Below, piece after piece: positions 53,401 through 62,304 of a stretch of DNA of 64,000 nucleotides (position 1 is the first letter of the stretch; every line of letters starts with the position of its first letter). Below the pieces are notes generated by a model. The model was given only the letters and a program-made list of their open reading frames with translations. It made no database searches and was not told the origin of the DNA. Source of the DNA: Isurus oxyrinchus (lineage: Eukaryota). The stretch lies in the NCBI GenBank assembly GCA_026770705.1, contig JANJGN010000034.1:3596001-3660000 (forward strand), read 5' to 3'. Position numbers and translations under genes: made by a program.

Positions 53401-55219
53401 ATTCTGGATTGTGGCAGAAAACGGTGAAAATGTTTCTATCGAATCATTTCCTAGTGTCTACTTTATAGACTCATCGAATCATAGACTCATTAGGGCCGAG
53501 TGGAGATTTTTAGGTCCATCGCTTCATTATGGCTTCTTGTAGAAGAATCAGTTAATCAAAATCTACCTTTCTATAATCGTAGCTCTGAACGTTCATTTTC
53601 TCCAAGTGCCTATCCACTTTAATTCTGAATTAAGACATCGTTACCGCTTCTAGCACCCTAAGCAGCTGTGTGTATTAGCACTGACAATACAAAGAGTCGT
53701 GCACATTCATTTTGCGCCTCTTATGCAAATCCTTCAGTTTCTGACAGCTGTCACTAATGTGAAAACATTTTATTTGTATACATTCTGCAAACATCTGATA
53801 ATGTACTACACATTTATGACCTCTCTCCTCATTTTGCCATGATTCAGTATGAACGATCGCAGCTTCGCCAATATAACTGCACCAGGGCCCTTTGTTTTCT
53901 GCCCTTAAGTCAATTATTCCAATGTAATTTGACACTTATCCTACTATTCCACAAGCCTCATTTTTCTTACTTGGTCAGACGCCGTTTAACATTGCTTTTG
54001 ACAAATTTATTTGCTCTACATTCATCAACCATTTCTTCTCTTAATCCAAACGTCATTTCGATTTAGCAAAGAACCCTTTAAAAGCTCTTTTTCTTTCCCC
54101 TAAAAAGGAATTGCTCTCTCACATCATGAAAAAAAAAGCGGATTAGCGAAACAGGTGCTGTCCTTTCCAAAACAGTTATGGATCTTCTCACTTAACATTA
54201 ACATTTCCAAGTGACTCTTAATAATTTTCTTGCTTCTAGAATCTGAAGCCAAACTCACCGTTGACTTTAAGGAGATTGGCCAGTCGTTACTACGAATATC
54301 TTTGCATACTTTGTGATTAAAGCTATCGCATTTAGCACCCAACAATTCTGGGGCACGTCTCCCTTATCTATGAAAGGTGAAGATTTATGAAAAACCCTGA
54401 AGATTCCTCCACCGCTACTGATATTATCAACCTGAGATGCAAGCCTTGCGCCCCAAGTGAGATACCATTCTAGGAATTGCGATCCTTTCCGGTGCTTTAC
54501 CTTCAATTATTCACCTCGTTCATTACTTATACCATCACTGCTCCTATGAATATATTATCCACTCCTCTTCCTTAGCATGTCTCGATGCACAGTTATGGTT
54601 CTCGATTTCCCAAGCTCCTGCAATCAGACAACACTTTCTTTGTTCAGAAAAAGAGCCACGCCGCCTCTTACTGAACGTTTTATATTTAAATTCCCTAAGA
54701 ATGTTGTTGGCTTACATTTTATGTACACAGCCATTCTACTCTTCTACCCGCACTTCCCCGTTAACCTACAGTCTCAACCTATTGAAAATAGGTTCCTTTA
54801 TTCTTGAAGAATTCTCCCGACAGGCATCATACACCCTCCTTTTTTCGGATCACCAAGTTCTCTATCTCCCAAGAGACCTGCCCTCCCTGTCCTTCTTTCC
54901 TTTACTACGTTTAACCCAAGTCGAGATTTACCTAGTTGGCATCCAAAACATGTCAGCCTCAATGACAACTGACTGTCTCGACTCCTTCTTTTCCCTGCTA
55001 TTCGCCGTTTTATTTAGTCCCTTTGTCCAAATCTCCTGTAGTCCTTTTGAAGTTAGCCTTCTTGCAAAGTCACTCTTGTACTTTAGATTACTCTTTAACC
55101 ATCTCCTTTACTACTTGAAACATTCTGATTCTTTGATCATGCTCAAGATGAATTTAGTCTCACATGCGTGGAAACATTTTCAACATGTCTCGTCTGTCAA
55201 CAAAATTCGACACACAACC

Positions 55220-55258
<39 letters not shown>

Positions 55259-58200
55259 GACACATACGCACGTGCATAAAAAGATGCATGATTGGACAAG
55301 AAGATATACATACAAACAAACTCACATATGTAAAACACACACAAACAGACCCACACACAAACACACACGCAAAAAAACACAAGGACATATTTTAAACGCA
55401 CACACACACACATCCTGTCTGTCCTCTCATTTGTTCAGCATTCCCTTGCCATTTTTGTACTGTGTTTTAGTTAAATATAACACTACCCCAGTCTCCCAAC
55501 ACGGGGTTTCTTGATATCATGCAATTCAGACGTATATGCAGCGACGCACGTGTGACCCAATCAAGGTTGTATGGCAGTTTAACAAAATCTGTGACTTTTT
55601 TTCCTGGTTAACCAAAATGGTGTTGATGAAATGAATATCGTGGGGAAGGGAGAGCTTTCATTAACCTGATAGTAAGTATGCGTTGTTATGTTTATCTTCC
55701 ACTGCTTGTTCGCTTTCCTATCCCCAAGATCATAGTGCATTTTCTCTGCCTATTTCTGAAGTGAGCAGCATGGTTTCAGTTCGGAGTGATCTAGTTCGAT
55801 ATTGCTCTGCATGAGGGGGCTTCCTAATGGTAGAACTTCACCCAATATTGACTATTCGCATCTTAACAAATTCTCACAGTTAGGAATGTTCATTTCACAG
55901 AGCCTCTTGTCGATTGCAAATTAAATATGAAGTGGAAGACATTAACAACCGTATCTGCACGTTAAGATTAATTTATTCACGTACCTTCTTTCAGTTTAGT
56001 TATTGCGGCCCCTGTTCGTGGCATACAAATGGCAAACAAGCTTTAATCAACAGTAACTGATTTCCAACGGCATGCCACTTATTGAATGATTGTAAAGGGG
56101 AACATAATATATTGCTGCTCTAACTTGCTGAGGTAGACATTCATCTCCGTAATTGTGCTAAAGGTATGTTTTGAATATGTTGTAAGATAGGCTGGAAACA
56201 CAGATCCCTGTAGTTTACGGACATGAATATCGGCTGTTATCGTAAAATGTGGCCGTGTCAGCTTGATTGTTTACTTCCGTTTCCCATGAAGAACTTAAGA
56301 CAAGGATATCAGAATAAAATAACAATAATAATACATTCTGTTCTTCAGCATACATGAACAGGAACATTTTAAATCTATTTACATATAATGTCAAAGCATG
56401 ATTCATGGATTATTACAGCGCAGAAAGAAGATTTTTTTTTTCACTCGCATCTGGACCGCCAGCCTTGAAGTACAGTGCATTGAGCAACAGGTTGCCTTCG
56501 TTTCCTGAACGTGCTCTTCAAGCTGGTAGATATCATACATTTGAATCTGCGGAGGAAGGTGTTTTGGGGATTTACTGCAGTTAATCTTGCGAATGTTATA
56601 CACCGCTTCCCACTCGCTTGTCCAGGGAGTCCATTTTTGAGGTGGTGGATGTGGTGCCTTTCACGCAGCTTTCTTTATCCTCGATTGCATCATACTACTT
56701 GATATCTTTCGATCTTCACGCATACAGTCAATTCAGGTACATTTAATCAAAATCCAGATGGTTCCCTTGTGGATAGTATGCCTGCTTTAGTAGGCACTCG
56801 GGGCAGAATCCCCAGTCTTTCACTTGATCTCGTAGCCACAATCTTTAAATATTCACTCCAGCTAATACTCTGGGAAATCTTAATCGCCAGGGCATTGACG
56901 CTGGGTGATAGGCAAATGCTAAAGCTGTTAAATGACAAAGGGAGAAGACCGGCTTCTCTTGTGTTTGAGATGGCCATTGCCTAGCACACCTGTGGCGCAA
57001 ATGTTACACGGTTCTTTCCAACCCAAGCTGACTATGGTGTCGTTCTTGCGGATCAAGTGCAATGATGGCTTCAGTATCTTCGGAGTACTGAGAAACAATG
57101 AACACATTGAATGGCTGGTGAACATCGCACTTCGAGCATTCTTATGGATGGGAGATCATTGGTGATCGAGTGAAGATGGTTAGACAGAGAAGAAAAATCT
57201 GAAGAACGCCCATAATGATTTATTGTGGATACATCGGTTGACCTTCAACAGTCGGACAACAACAAGTACCCCTTTTCTGCTCTGTATGAAAACTAATTGT
57301 ACAGGCCACTCAGCGGCCTGCCACACAACCACGCATTGCCCTGTGCCCCCCGCCATGAACACCAACACTCAGCAAAATGCTGCATGGACGATAAGGACGC
57401 ATAAGATCTTGTTAGAGCTCTATGGTCCATGATTGAGGCATGCCGATAATCAGATCCACAGTCGGATTGCCCTTGGGGAATGGAATTTGTGCCAGTGTAA
57501 CTTGGTGTAAGTGCAATTCCATAACACTGGCAGTGACACCCGATAAAATTGCTCATTTTCGACCTTAGACTGATGGTGTGGTTAATGGTGGACTTCATTT
57601 GAACTCATTTCGTAGACAGGGCGGTATTTGATAATTTGAATAATGTGTCAAAGAGTGCTCCCGTTCACTTGACTAGGTGCGGAGCCAGTTTTGGATTAAT
57701 AGACTTCTGCAGTGCATCACTATGTATCATGGCCCCTTGGCCATTGCTCTAACCAGTGCCTCAATTCATCGATTATTATCTTTCCAAGTGATTCGAACCT
57801 TCAGGAGAATGCCATCTGTGAAGATGGGAAAGTCAACATATGCTAGAGGCGGATTATCCACTCAGTACATTTGGCCAAAGACGACCGCAAACATATCTGC
57901 CTTTGTTGTACTAACGTGTTGTGCTCATTGGCTATTATGATGTGCATATTTATGGAGTCTAATCCTGCGGTTTATTGTTGACAACAGCTGCAATTTCCGT
58001 CAATGCAGCCGACAATCAAAGTGTATTTTCGACTTCATCAGCTTTAAACCTGTATGATGAAATACCTTTCTCATTGGCTTCTAACTTTGCTTCTGTGAAG
58101 GAGGAAGATAGCAACATTGATAAAGTGTTGACGGATATTCCTACCCTTGCAGCATGAATCAAGGTAATTGCATATATTTTCCTTCATTTCAGATGTGGAA

Positions 58201-60885
58201 AGAAATATCCCATCATGGTATGTGATCAATGAGGACAATAGCGGACATGAGTACTTTCAAAAGCAAGTTTTACATACGAACACGTGTTAATAGAATTCCC
58301 AGTCGTACAATGAGATGGTCCAGATTTTAGATCAGAGGAAAGGTATGTCAGTCGGTCAAATGCTTAATGAAGAGCGGTCAGTTTCAAGCCAAATGCGAAG
58401 GAGCAAAGCGAGGCTGATTTCTTCAGTAAGTGGAGATGAAAGTAACTGGCAAGATTCAATAAATGTATCACTGTGCAGGATGATGTGTGGAATGCGCACA
58501 AGGTTTCAACTTGTGGACAATAGTGAATTTCGAATGTGCTGGACGTTCTAGCCGGGAAATAGATAAAAGTGATACCAGAGTTGAAAATCTGGACACAGGT
58601 TTTAACATCATTCATTTTCCGGACCAGGCACTGTCGGAACTCGATGAGCAATACTTTTCTGCTGTGCCACAACTCAGCTTTAGTTTTCAGGAAGGAGGAG
58701 TTGGGGCACAGCATAACGTTTCTGTAGGAGCTAGATTACATGGAGGCAGGTGCATGGAAGCCTGTCAAACAGAGAATTTGCGTTATCAAAGTCTGCCTTT
58801 TCAAGATATTTAGGTGAGATTTTTTGGAAAACAATATAGCAAAATTGTTACATAAACTTCAATCCGTCCCACGCCACCCACAAACCGAGCCCCTCCCCTT
58901 CCCCTACCCCCAAACTCCCCACAGACCCTCCACTACCATGAATGCAGAGGCACGCAGGCAAACAAAGGTGCTTACGGGTTTGCCGCCGGCTTCGTTAATG
59001 AAGATGTAAGGAGATTTTTGATCTTAAATGTGAATTCTATTAAGAGTTATTTATGGTAATAGGAGGAATGATCTTTAAAGTCTGCCAGGTGAAGTCCACA
59101 CGATATTTTTTCCTTTTCACCTAAGAGGTGTAAAGGAGTCTCGTACCATCAAGTTATCTGAAAGACTATGAAGCAGACATTCCAATAGCCTTCAGTTATT
59201 GCAGTCCACCTAGAATTATTCTGGGAGTTTGTTGTCAATAGCATTCAAGATCAGTATTGCAGAGATTACTAATTGCTGAAACAAGCATATAGGTTGTTTG
59301 TGGCTAATTATCTGTGATGTTTATGTTAAGAATCAGCTAGTGGAATTAGGTCAGCAAAGAATGATAAGAGCCCTGTATTTGGATAAAGGCATCAGTGATG
59401 AGGCGCAGTGTGAACCATGTTCATCTGCTGGCTTGCTTGATATGCTTTAAGTTATTTATTTTCAATAATTTGTGGGTCAGTAATCAAAGGTTCACGCATT
59501 TGTACATGAGTTGCCCGGTAATTCAATTGCAAAAATATGGCTAATTATATTATAGCGACTGTTCAGAGCTTGATAATTAAAAGCAACAGAATAATTAATC
59601 AGTTTACCTTCTTCTCTATCTTGCAGAATTTCACCTAATAGCAAAAAAATATTTCCAGAAATGTCATTTTTCAAGGAAATTAATCGCGTTTTTGGGAAAT
59701 TCCAGGTGTCGTAAGGGAATACATCAATTATTAGCTAATTCGTTACAATACAAACATTTGATGACATTTCAGAGAGCATTTCAAATTGGTCGTAAAAGTA
59801 CATTCACGGTCACCCCTCAGAATCTGTGAGATTTGTAAGATTTATCTTCACCACCCCGCACCATTACTGGAATGCACATCCTTTTTCTGACACTCTTTGA
59901 AAAAAAAGTTGCTCTGCTTTGGTTTGCAAACATATCGGACTGCTTTCCTTTAGTTAATATCTTTGGAGTATTATCAATCTACAATCTATAACCCAACAAC
60001 TGTGGGGGATTTTAAGCACAGTGTCCCAGGTTACTCACGTGATTCTTTCAATGACATTTGACACTTGGCAAATTCTAAATCATAAAAAGAAAGGAATGGA
60101 ACAAGTTTTTTTTCGTATCTAACTCATTAATATAGCTGTTTTAAAACCTGAGAGTAAAGTTAAATTTTCTACGCAGAAATGTCCCATTTATTCAGCAGTT
60201 CATTGCTGCTCTGTATTCTTCACCAGTGTCTGTTCACAAGGTAGCCAATTTCATTCATTCAGCATACCCATCAATACATTTTCCATCATCTGCTATTGGA
60301 TCACATGCATGCATGTCTGCAATTAACCACTACTGCATCCATCACTTACGAGTTCACCTGCTAGCCAATGGCCTTGCAAAGATTTAAATTCTCATTTACT
60401 CTTTGTGTTCTTCCTGGTTCTTTGTATCAGAAGCCGCATTTTCAACACGTGGGAATTTCTCTCCTTTATCTTCCCTACCAGACCCTCTTTTCAGTTGCAC
60501 TAGATTCGACTCACTATCCCAGAACAAACAGCTGGACAGTCATGAACTTTCAGTTAGGTATCTTTCCTGTCAATCCTCGTTAAAAGGCCCAGTGACTGCA
60601 ATTCGCGGAGAGCAGAACATTTTACATTCACCAAACGTGGCATCAACAATTCATAAAACTTTTCAACATAGGTTCACTGCTTTCCAGTTCTAAGCATTTA
60701 CATGACCTCATCGCACTCAGATAATTTCCTCAATTCAGATCTCTATTTAAAAGCAAGAATTTTATTTTGATCTAATGGATTGCCAATTATTTGAAATTGA
60801 ACAACATTTAGACAGTTCACACGGACGGACTAGCAAAGCACTGAATATAAATTCTTACCTCCTTTCAGTTCATGTATTGTGTGCT
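1214..60885 (-). CDS. Internal portion (24 micro-exons, 720 nt, ~240 aa) of an unidentified long coiled-coil protein gene; probably continues beyond both window ends
   Basis: 24 AG/GT-flanked segments (14x27, 8x36, 1x21, 1x33 nt), all on one strand and all phase 1-1. Spliced in order they give one stop-free E/K/L-rich frame with heptad periodicity. Exons are mutually homologous. Confidence 0.9.
1995..2145. repeat. degenerate (TATC)n microsatellite, unit 1
   Basis: tatctatctatc and variants. Confidence 0.85.
3036..3427. other. assembly gap
   Basis: run of N. Confidence 1.
3714..3749 (-). CDS. micro-exon 23 (36 nt) ECASLKKTLEAT
   Basis: acceptor ttttttttaattgcag, donor gtgcgt. Confidence 0.88.
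6653..6679 (-). CDS. micro-exon 22 (27 nt) VNALGEKEK
   Basis: acceptor gtttctccctctcag, donor gtactt. Confidence 0.87.
7530..7610. repeat. degenerate (TATC)n microsatellite, unit 2
   Basis: same relative position as in unit 1. Confidence 0.85.
8837..8872 (-). CDS. micro-exon 21 (36 nt) ELTKLRKDLEDA
   Basis: acceptor gttattttaattgcag, donor gtatgt. Confidence 0.9.
11796..11822 (-). CDS. micro-exon 20 (27 nt) EATLAENDK
   Basis: acceptor gtttctccatctcag, donor gtattt. Confidence 0.87.
12637..12822. other. assembly gap
   Basis: run of N. Confidence 1.
12823..12895. repeat. (TATC)n microsatellite, unit 3, running into an N-gap
   Basis: tatctatcta tract adjacent to gap. Confidence 0.8.
14111..14146 (-). 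CDS. micro-exon 19 (36 nt) ELAKLKKSLDSA
   Basis: clear paralog of exon 17; donor gtgggc; weak acceptor tttattttaaaaaag. Confidence 0.75.
17023..17049 (-). CDS. micro-exon 18 (27 nt) GERLKGKDI
   Basis: acceptor tttttctccctctcag, donor gtactt. Confidence 0.87.
17855..17985. repeat. (TATC)n microsatellite, unit 4
   Basis: atctatctat repeats. Confidence 0.85.
18868..18966 (-). mobile_element. Solo Penelope-like terminal fragment with decayed hammerhead motif, present in unit 4 only
   Basis: minus strand gttCTGATGAagagccatacggacttGGAACgttaac...ctctccacagatgc; similar to the PLE ends at 35170 and 42770; absent from the other units. Confidence 0.75.
19227..19262 (-). CDS. micro-exon 17 (36 nt) ELAKLKKSLEAS
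   Basis: acceptor attgttttcaatgcag, donor gtgcgc; peptide visible inside ORF 19027..19437. Confidence 0.88.
21861..21893 (-). CDS. micro-exon 16 (33 nt) AVFEEKLAKDE
   Basis: acceptor atttccactttgtctag, donor gtaaga. Confidence 0.82.
22080..22250 (+). mobile_element. decayed 3' end of an L2/CR1-type LINE
   Basis: resembles the tails at 29780-29970, 47150-47320 and (inverted) 48225-48400; ends in an A-run. Confidence 0.55.
23922..23948 (-). CDS. micro-exon 15 (27 nt) EKKLEDQDK
   Basis: T-rich tract ending ctttataatag, donor gtaacc. Confidence 0.87.
23990..24129. repeat. ~70-bp direct tandem duplication (2 copies)
   Basis: tgcaagtgatccygggtattt(t)gttaattttctgtgaaggtcaggawtcagccaa occurs twice. 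Confidence 0.9.
24265..24364 (+). mobile_element. ~100-bp Penelope terminal fragment with 10-bp TSD
   Basis: tgaagagtcatacggaatcgaaacattaac...ctctctacag; flanked by attaaggtat at 24255-24264 and 24365-24374. Confidence 0.75.
24435..24470 (-). CDS. micro-exon 14 (36 nt) ELSTCQKTIQEF
   Basis: acceptor ttctttctgttttttag, donor gtaaga. Confidence 0.88.
25493..25519 (-). CDS. micro-exon 13 (27 nt) ADIIDGLTK
   Basis: acceptor tttcttgttttccttacatag, donor gtatgt. Confidence 0.83.
27296..29690 (-). mobile_element. decayed CR1-clade LINE (endonuclease-RT ORF2 fragments)
   Basis: ORF fragments FDDTKTGGKV (ADDTK motif), KANRLLSIIVRG, KELADELN..YTMEDASNIP, DEEFIKC; many frameshifts. Confidence 0.85.
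29760..29975 (+). mobile_element. L2/CR1-type LINE 3' tail
   Basis: cactccctccaccacaaacgcacagtg...aaatgctgacctagccagccatgcccacat. Confidence 0.6.
30470..30496 (-). CDS. micro-exon 12 (27 nt) DCSKAMKKS
   Basis: acceptor tttgcatgacacacag, donor gtaagt; paralog of exon 7. Confidence 0.82.
31750..33800 (-). mobile_element. decayed L2/CR1-type LINE RT fragments (probably two pieces)
   Basis: ORFs FEIKAAFGSLWHQGVIAKLESLGIRGK (D.xKAFD.VWH motif) and YYTISLYSIIIKVMEGI (YRPISL..KVME motif). Confidence 0.8.
33925..33951 (-). CDS. micro-exon 11 (27 nt) AENLKQKEK
   Basis: acceptor catctcattctcag, donor gtaatt. Confidence 0.88.
34880..35001. repeat. (TATC)n microsatellite, unit 5, running into an N-gap
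   Basis: tctatctatctatc. Confidence 0.85.
35002..35148. other. assembly gap
   Basis: run of N. Confidence 1.
35170..36210 (-). mobile_element. 5'-truncated Penelope-like retroelement (GIY-YIG endonuclease end plus terminal repeat)
   Basis: ORF 35736..36224 CNTCPF..FTCISPNLVYCIRCSQCGLLYIGETKRKLGDRFAEH..VACHFN..GLNIEF; internal (TG)n, G-run and (GA)n at 35354-35432. Confidence 0.93.
35271..35309 (-). ncRNA. minimal type I hammerhead-like motif in the Penelope terminal repeat
   Basis: agtt-CUGUCGA-a-GGGUC(augag)GACUC-GAAAC-GUC-aact; stems I and II pair; core differs from CUGAnGA at A6. Confidence 0.6.
37389..37424 (-). CDS. micro-exon 10 (36 nt) DLANLKKNLDIA
   Basis: acceptor tttgttttaataacag, donor gtgtgc; homolog of the repeat-unit 36-nt exon. 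Confidence 0.88.
38790..39720. mobile_element. highly decayed LINE (L2-like) fragments
   Basis: purine-rich sequence resembling the reverse complement of 25780-26800; no intact ORF. Confidence 0.4.
40184..40210 (-). CDS. micro-exon 9 (27 nt) DEQITGKDA
   Basis: acceptor tttgctttgattatgcgcag, donor gtaaag. Confidence 0.8.
41060..41420 (-). mobile_element. tRNA-derived SINE of chondrichthyan type, with LINE-shared tail
   Basis: tail catggaatgtgcgagccgctggcaacgccagcattt matches the LINE tail at 48235; body motifs ccttcctgaaaggac, ttttaattccagat, ggtggaaattgaac (B-box-like). Recognised from memory. Confidence 0.6.
41600..42870 (+). mobile_element. older, frameshifted Penelope-like element
   Basis: ORF pieces LPASCQFNSPSCSHAHMSVLGL and DTLVLSCHHNSLHI match the other PLE copies; C-run at 42478-42497; terminal ctgaaga..tacggactcg..ctctccacagatg. 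Confidence 0.85.
43802..43822 (-). CDS. micro-exon 8 (21 nt, single heptad) EKNLKGK
   Basis: acceptor cttgtgcttttctataacag, donor gtaaag; LKGK motif shared with exon 18. Confidence 0.75.
46420..47320 (+). mobile_element. decayed L2/CR1-type LINE 3' portion
   Basis: same family as 31750-32800 in opposite orientation; ends in the shared tail. Confidence 0.65.
48225..48680 (-). mobile_element. 3' end of an L2/CR1-type LINE
   Basis: attcattcatgggatgtgggc...cccatccctagttgcccttgagaagttggtggtgagc...cttcttgaactgctgc. Confidence 0.75.
49040..49066 (-). CDS. micro-exon 7 (27 nt) DCSSKLQTL
   Basis: acceptor ccgttttcatttcacgcag, donor gtgaga; begins ATTGCAGCA like exon 12. Confidence 0.85.
51701..51938. 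mobile_element. Palindromic Penelope terminal-repeat insertion with 14-bp TSD
   Basis: arms 51701-51798 and 51800-51897 (98 bp, 3 mismatches, 1-nt spacer); TSD ttatattctcagtt at 51687-51700 and 51939-51952; nearly identical to 35170-35308. Confidence 0.93.
52577..52603 (-). CDS. micro-exon 6 (27 nt) DERMKENEK
   Basis: acceptor gtttctccctctcag, donor gtactt; same flanks as exons 18 and 22. Confidence 0.88.
53368..53403 (-). CDS. micro-exon 5 (36 nt) ELSKCEKTLKKS
   Basis: acceptor ttttctgccacaatccag, donor gtaagc. Confidence 0.88.
53470..55150 (-). mobile_element. decayed CR1-clade LINE
   Basis: catagactcattaggg..aggtccatcg 3' tail; ORF remnant NDWPISLKSTV..KKIIKSHLE..HNCFGKDSTCFANPLFF (RPISLTS..QHGF.KG.SCLTNL-like). 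Confidence 0.7.
55209..55412. repeat. (CA)n microsatellite and CA-rich low complexity
   Basis: cacacacaca runs. Confidence 0.9.
56590..57960 (-). mobile_element. highly decayed LINE fragments (same family as 31750-33800)
   Basis: colinear similarity of motifs by eye; no intact ORF. Confidence 0.5.
58066..58092 (-). CDS. micro-exon 4 (27 nt) EAKLEANEK
   Basis: acceptor atcttcctccttcacag, donor gtattt; flanks homologous to the repeat-unit 27-nt exon. Confidence 0.87.
59608..59634 (-). CDS. micro-exon 3 (27 nt) REILQDREE
   Basis: acceptor atttttttgctattag, donor gtaaac. Confidence 0.82.
60039..60074 (-). CDS. micro-exon 2 (36 nt) EFAKCQMSLKES
   Basis: acceptor cctttctttttatgatttag, donor gtgagt; similar to exons 5 and 14. 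Confidence 0.88.
60859..60885 (-). CDS. micro-exon 1 (27 nt) xHTIHELKG
   Basis: acceptor gttttctttgtcgctgacag, donor gtaaga, phase 1-1; positional homolog of exon 13. Confidence 0.8.
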
Positions 60886-62304
60886 CTGTCAGCGACAAAG
60901 AAAACATGCAACATTTCTGCTATATCATATCATTCTCAAAGTAATGTTACATGTTAAAATATACGCATTAATGCAACATTACTAAATCATATATCGTGTT
61001 TTTGTCACAAAAGGGATGGGCGGAGTTTACGGACACTTACAGAAAAATACAGTAACAACCCAGAGGAAAACGCATGTTCTTAAAAGAGAGAACATGATTT
61101 GTTGGAGGCAAGTAGCAGTTATCTAGTAGGTAGTCAGAAGGAAGGCAGCACCCAAAGTGACCACATCCATGAATAAATTATATTTGATAATGCCAGCACG
61201 AGTAGAATGTTCCAGGGGCAAAAGCCACAATGCAGATGCTAGCACCATTAAAGGTTTTCAGGAGGTGTAAATGTGGGAAAAATACTGAACAGAAATGTGG
61301 TAACAACGGAGAGCTCCATAAATGGCTTTGTGTGCGACATGTGAGGGGGTGGCATGTAGTGGCAAGCGCTGCCAAGAATAGGAAATCTGAACGCATTGTT
61401 TTCCGTCTGCTGCCAGGCAAGGGATTCGTAACAGTGCTGGAAGAGGAACATTAGAAGGGTGAGTAGAGGTGTGCGGGGGTTGTTCCTAGATCCATTTCTT
61501 GGGATCGACGTTGGAACAAATGCTTATGATGTGGATTGAGGATTTGCTGCTGAAAGTTTAACCAAGGAGAGTTTCGAAATAATAGTTATACAAAAAGATC
61601 CTTATATGTATCATCAGTAAATCACATACAGACCCAAGTGCCAATTGAAATAGAAGCAGTAAAGTCAGCATAACTAACATGTGGTTAAACTGCAGGTCTG
61701 AAAAGTAAGGGTTCCATTTTTTGTGGTGTTTTGGCAATGGACTGACCTGAACGATAAGCCTGCATCCACCTCATGGTGGATGCCACCAGATACTCTAGCA
61801 GATACATGTAAGTGATCACTTGTCAAAGGCTTTGAATTTGTAACAATGGCGAATGGTGAATGCATGTACAAGAAACCTGAGCAGGTACATAAAAAAAAAA
61901 CTTTGAATAGCGGATTAACGTAATAAAAGGTGAATTTGCTGGCCAAAAATTGTTTCATATAGTTGGAGAATAGGAGTCGAATAAAAGCACAATTAAAAGT
62001 TGGTCAAACGTCTCTAGTGCAATAAACATAGTGGATGAAATGTTGCAGGTTAACTGTAAGAATTGATCTGTGGGAAGATCGAAAACAGAGCATGAATCTC
62101 TAAAACATGGCTACGTCATTAACAGGGTTGAAGAGTAAACATTGCAGGATGTACCAGAATTGATAATAACAGAGCAAGACAGAAGGTGTCCTTACCCTAA
62201 TAAAATAACAGCATTATTTAAAAAAAATGCAACATCATTACAAAAATAAACTTCATATACAGGGTGCCAAAATATAATTAAAGATGATTCTTATTACAAA
62301 GTGA

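Noticed and set aside
54701-55514. Long ORFs of 192 and 116 aa
   Set aside because: Antisense of a decayed CR1 plus the (CA)n microsatellite.
60358-60390. 33-nt candidate exon EFKSLQGHWLA
   Set aside because: GAG acceptor without a pyrimidine tract, and it would disrupt the exon 1-2 / 13-14 parallel.
1214-60885. Assigning the gene as butyrophilin/BG, CD23, tetherin or triadin
   Set aside because: These are architectural analogies only. No Ig, TM, B30.2 or lectin exon is in the window and I recognise no sequence match, so no symbol is given.
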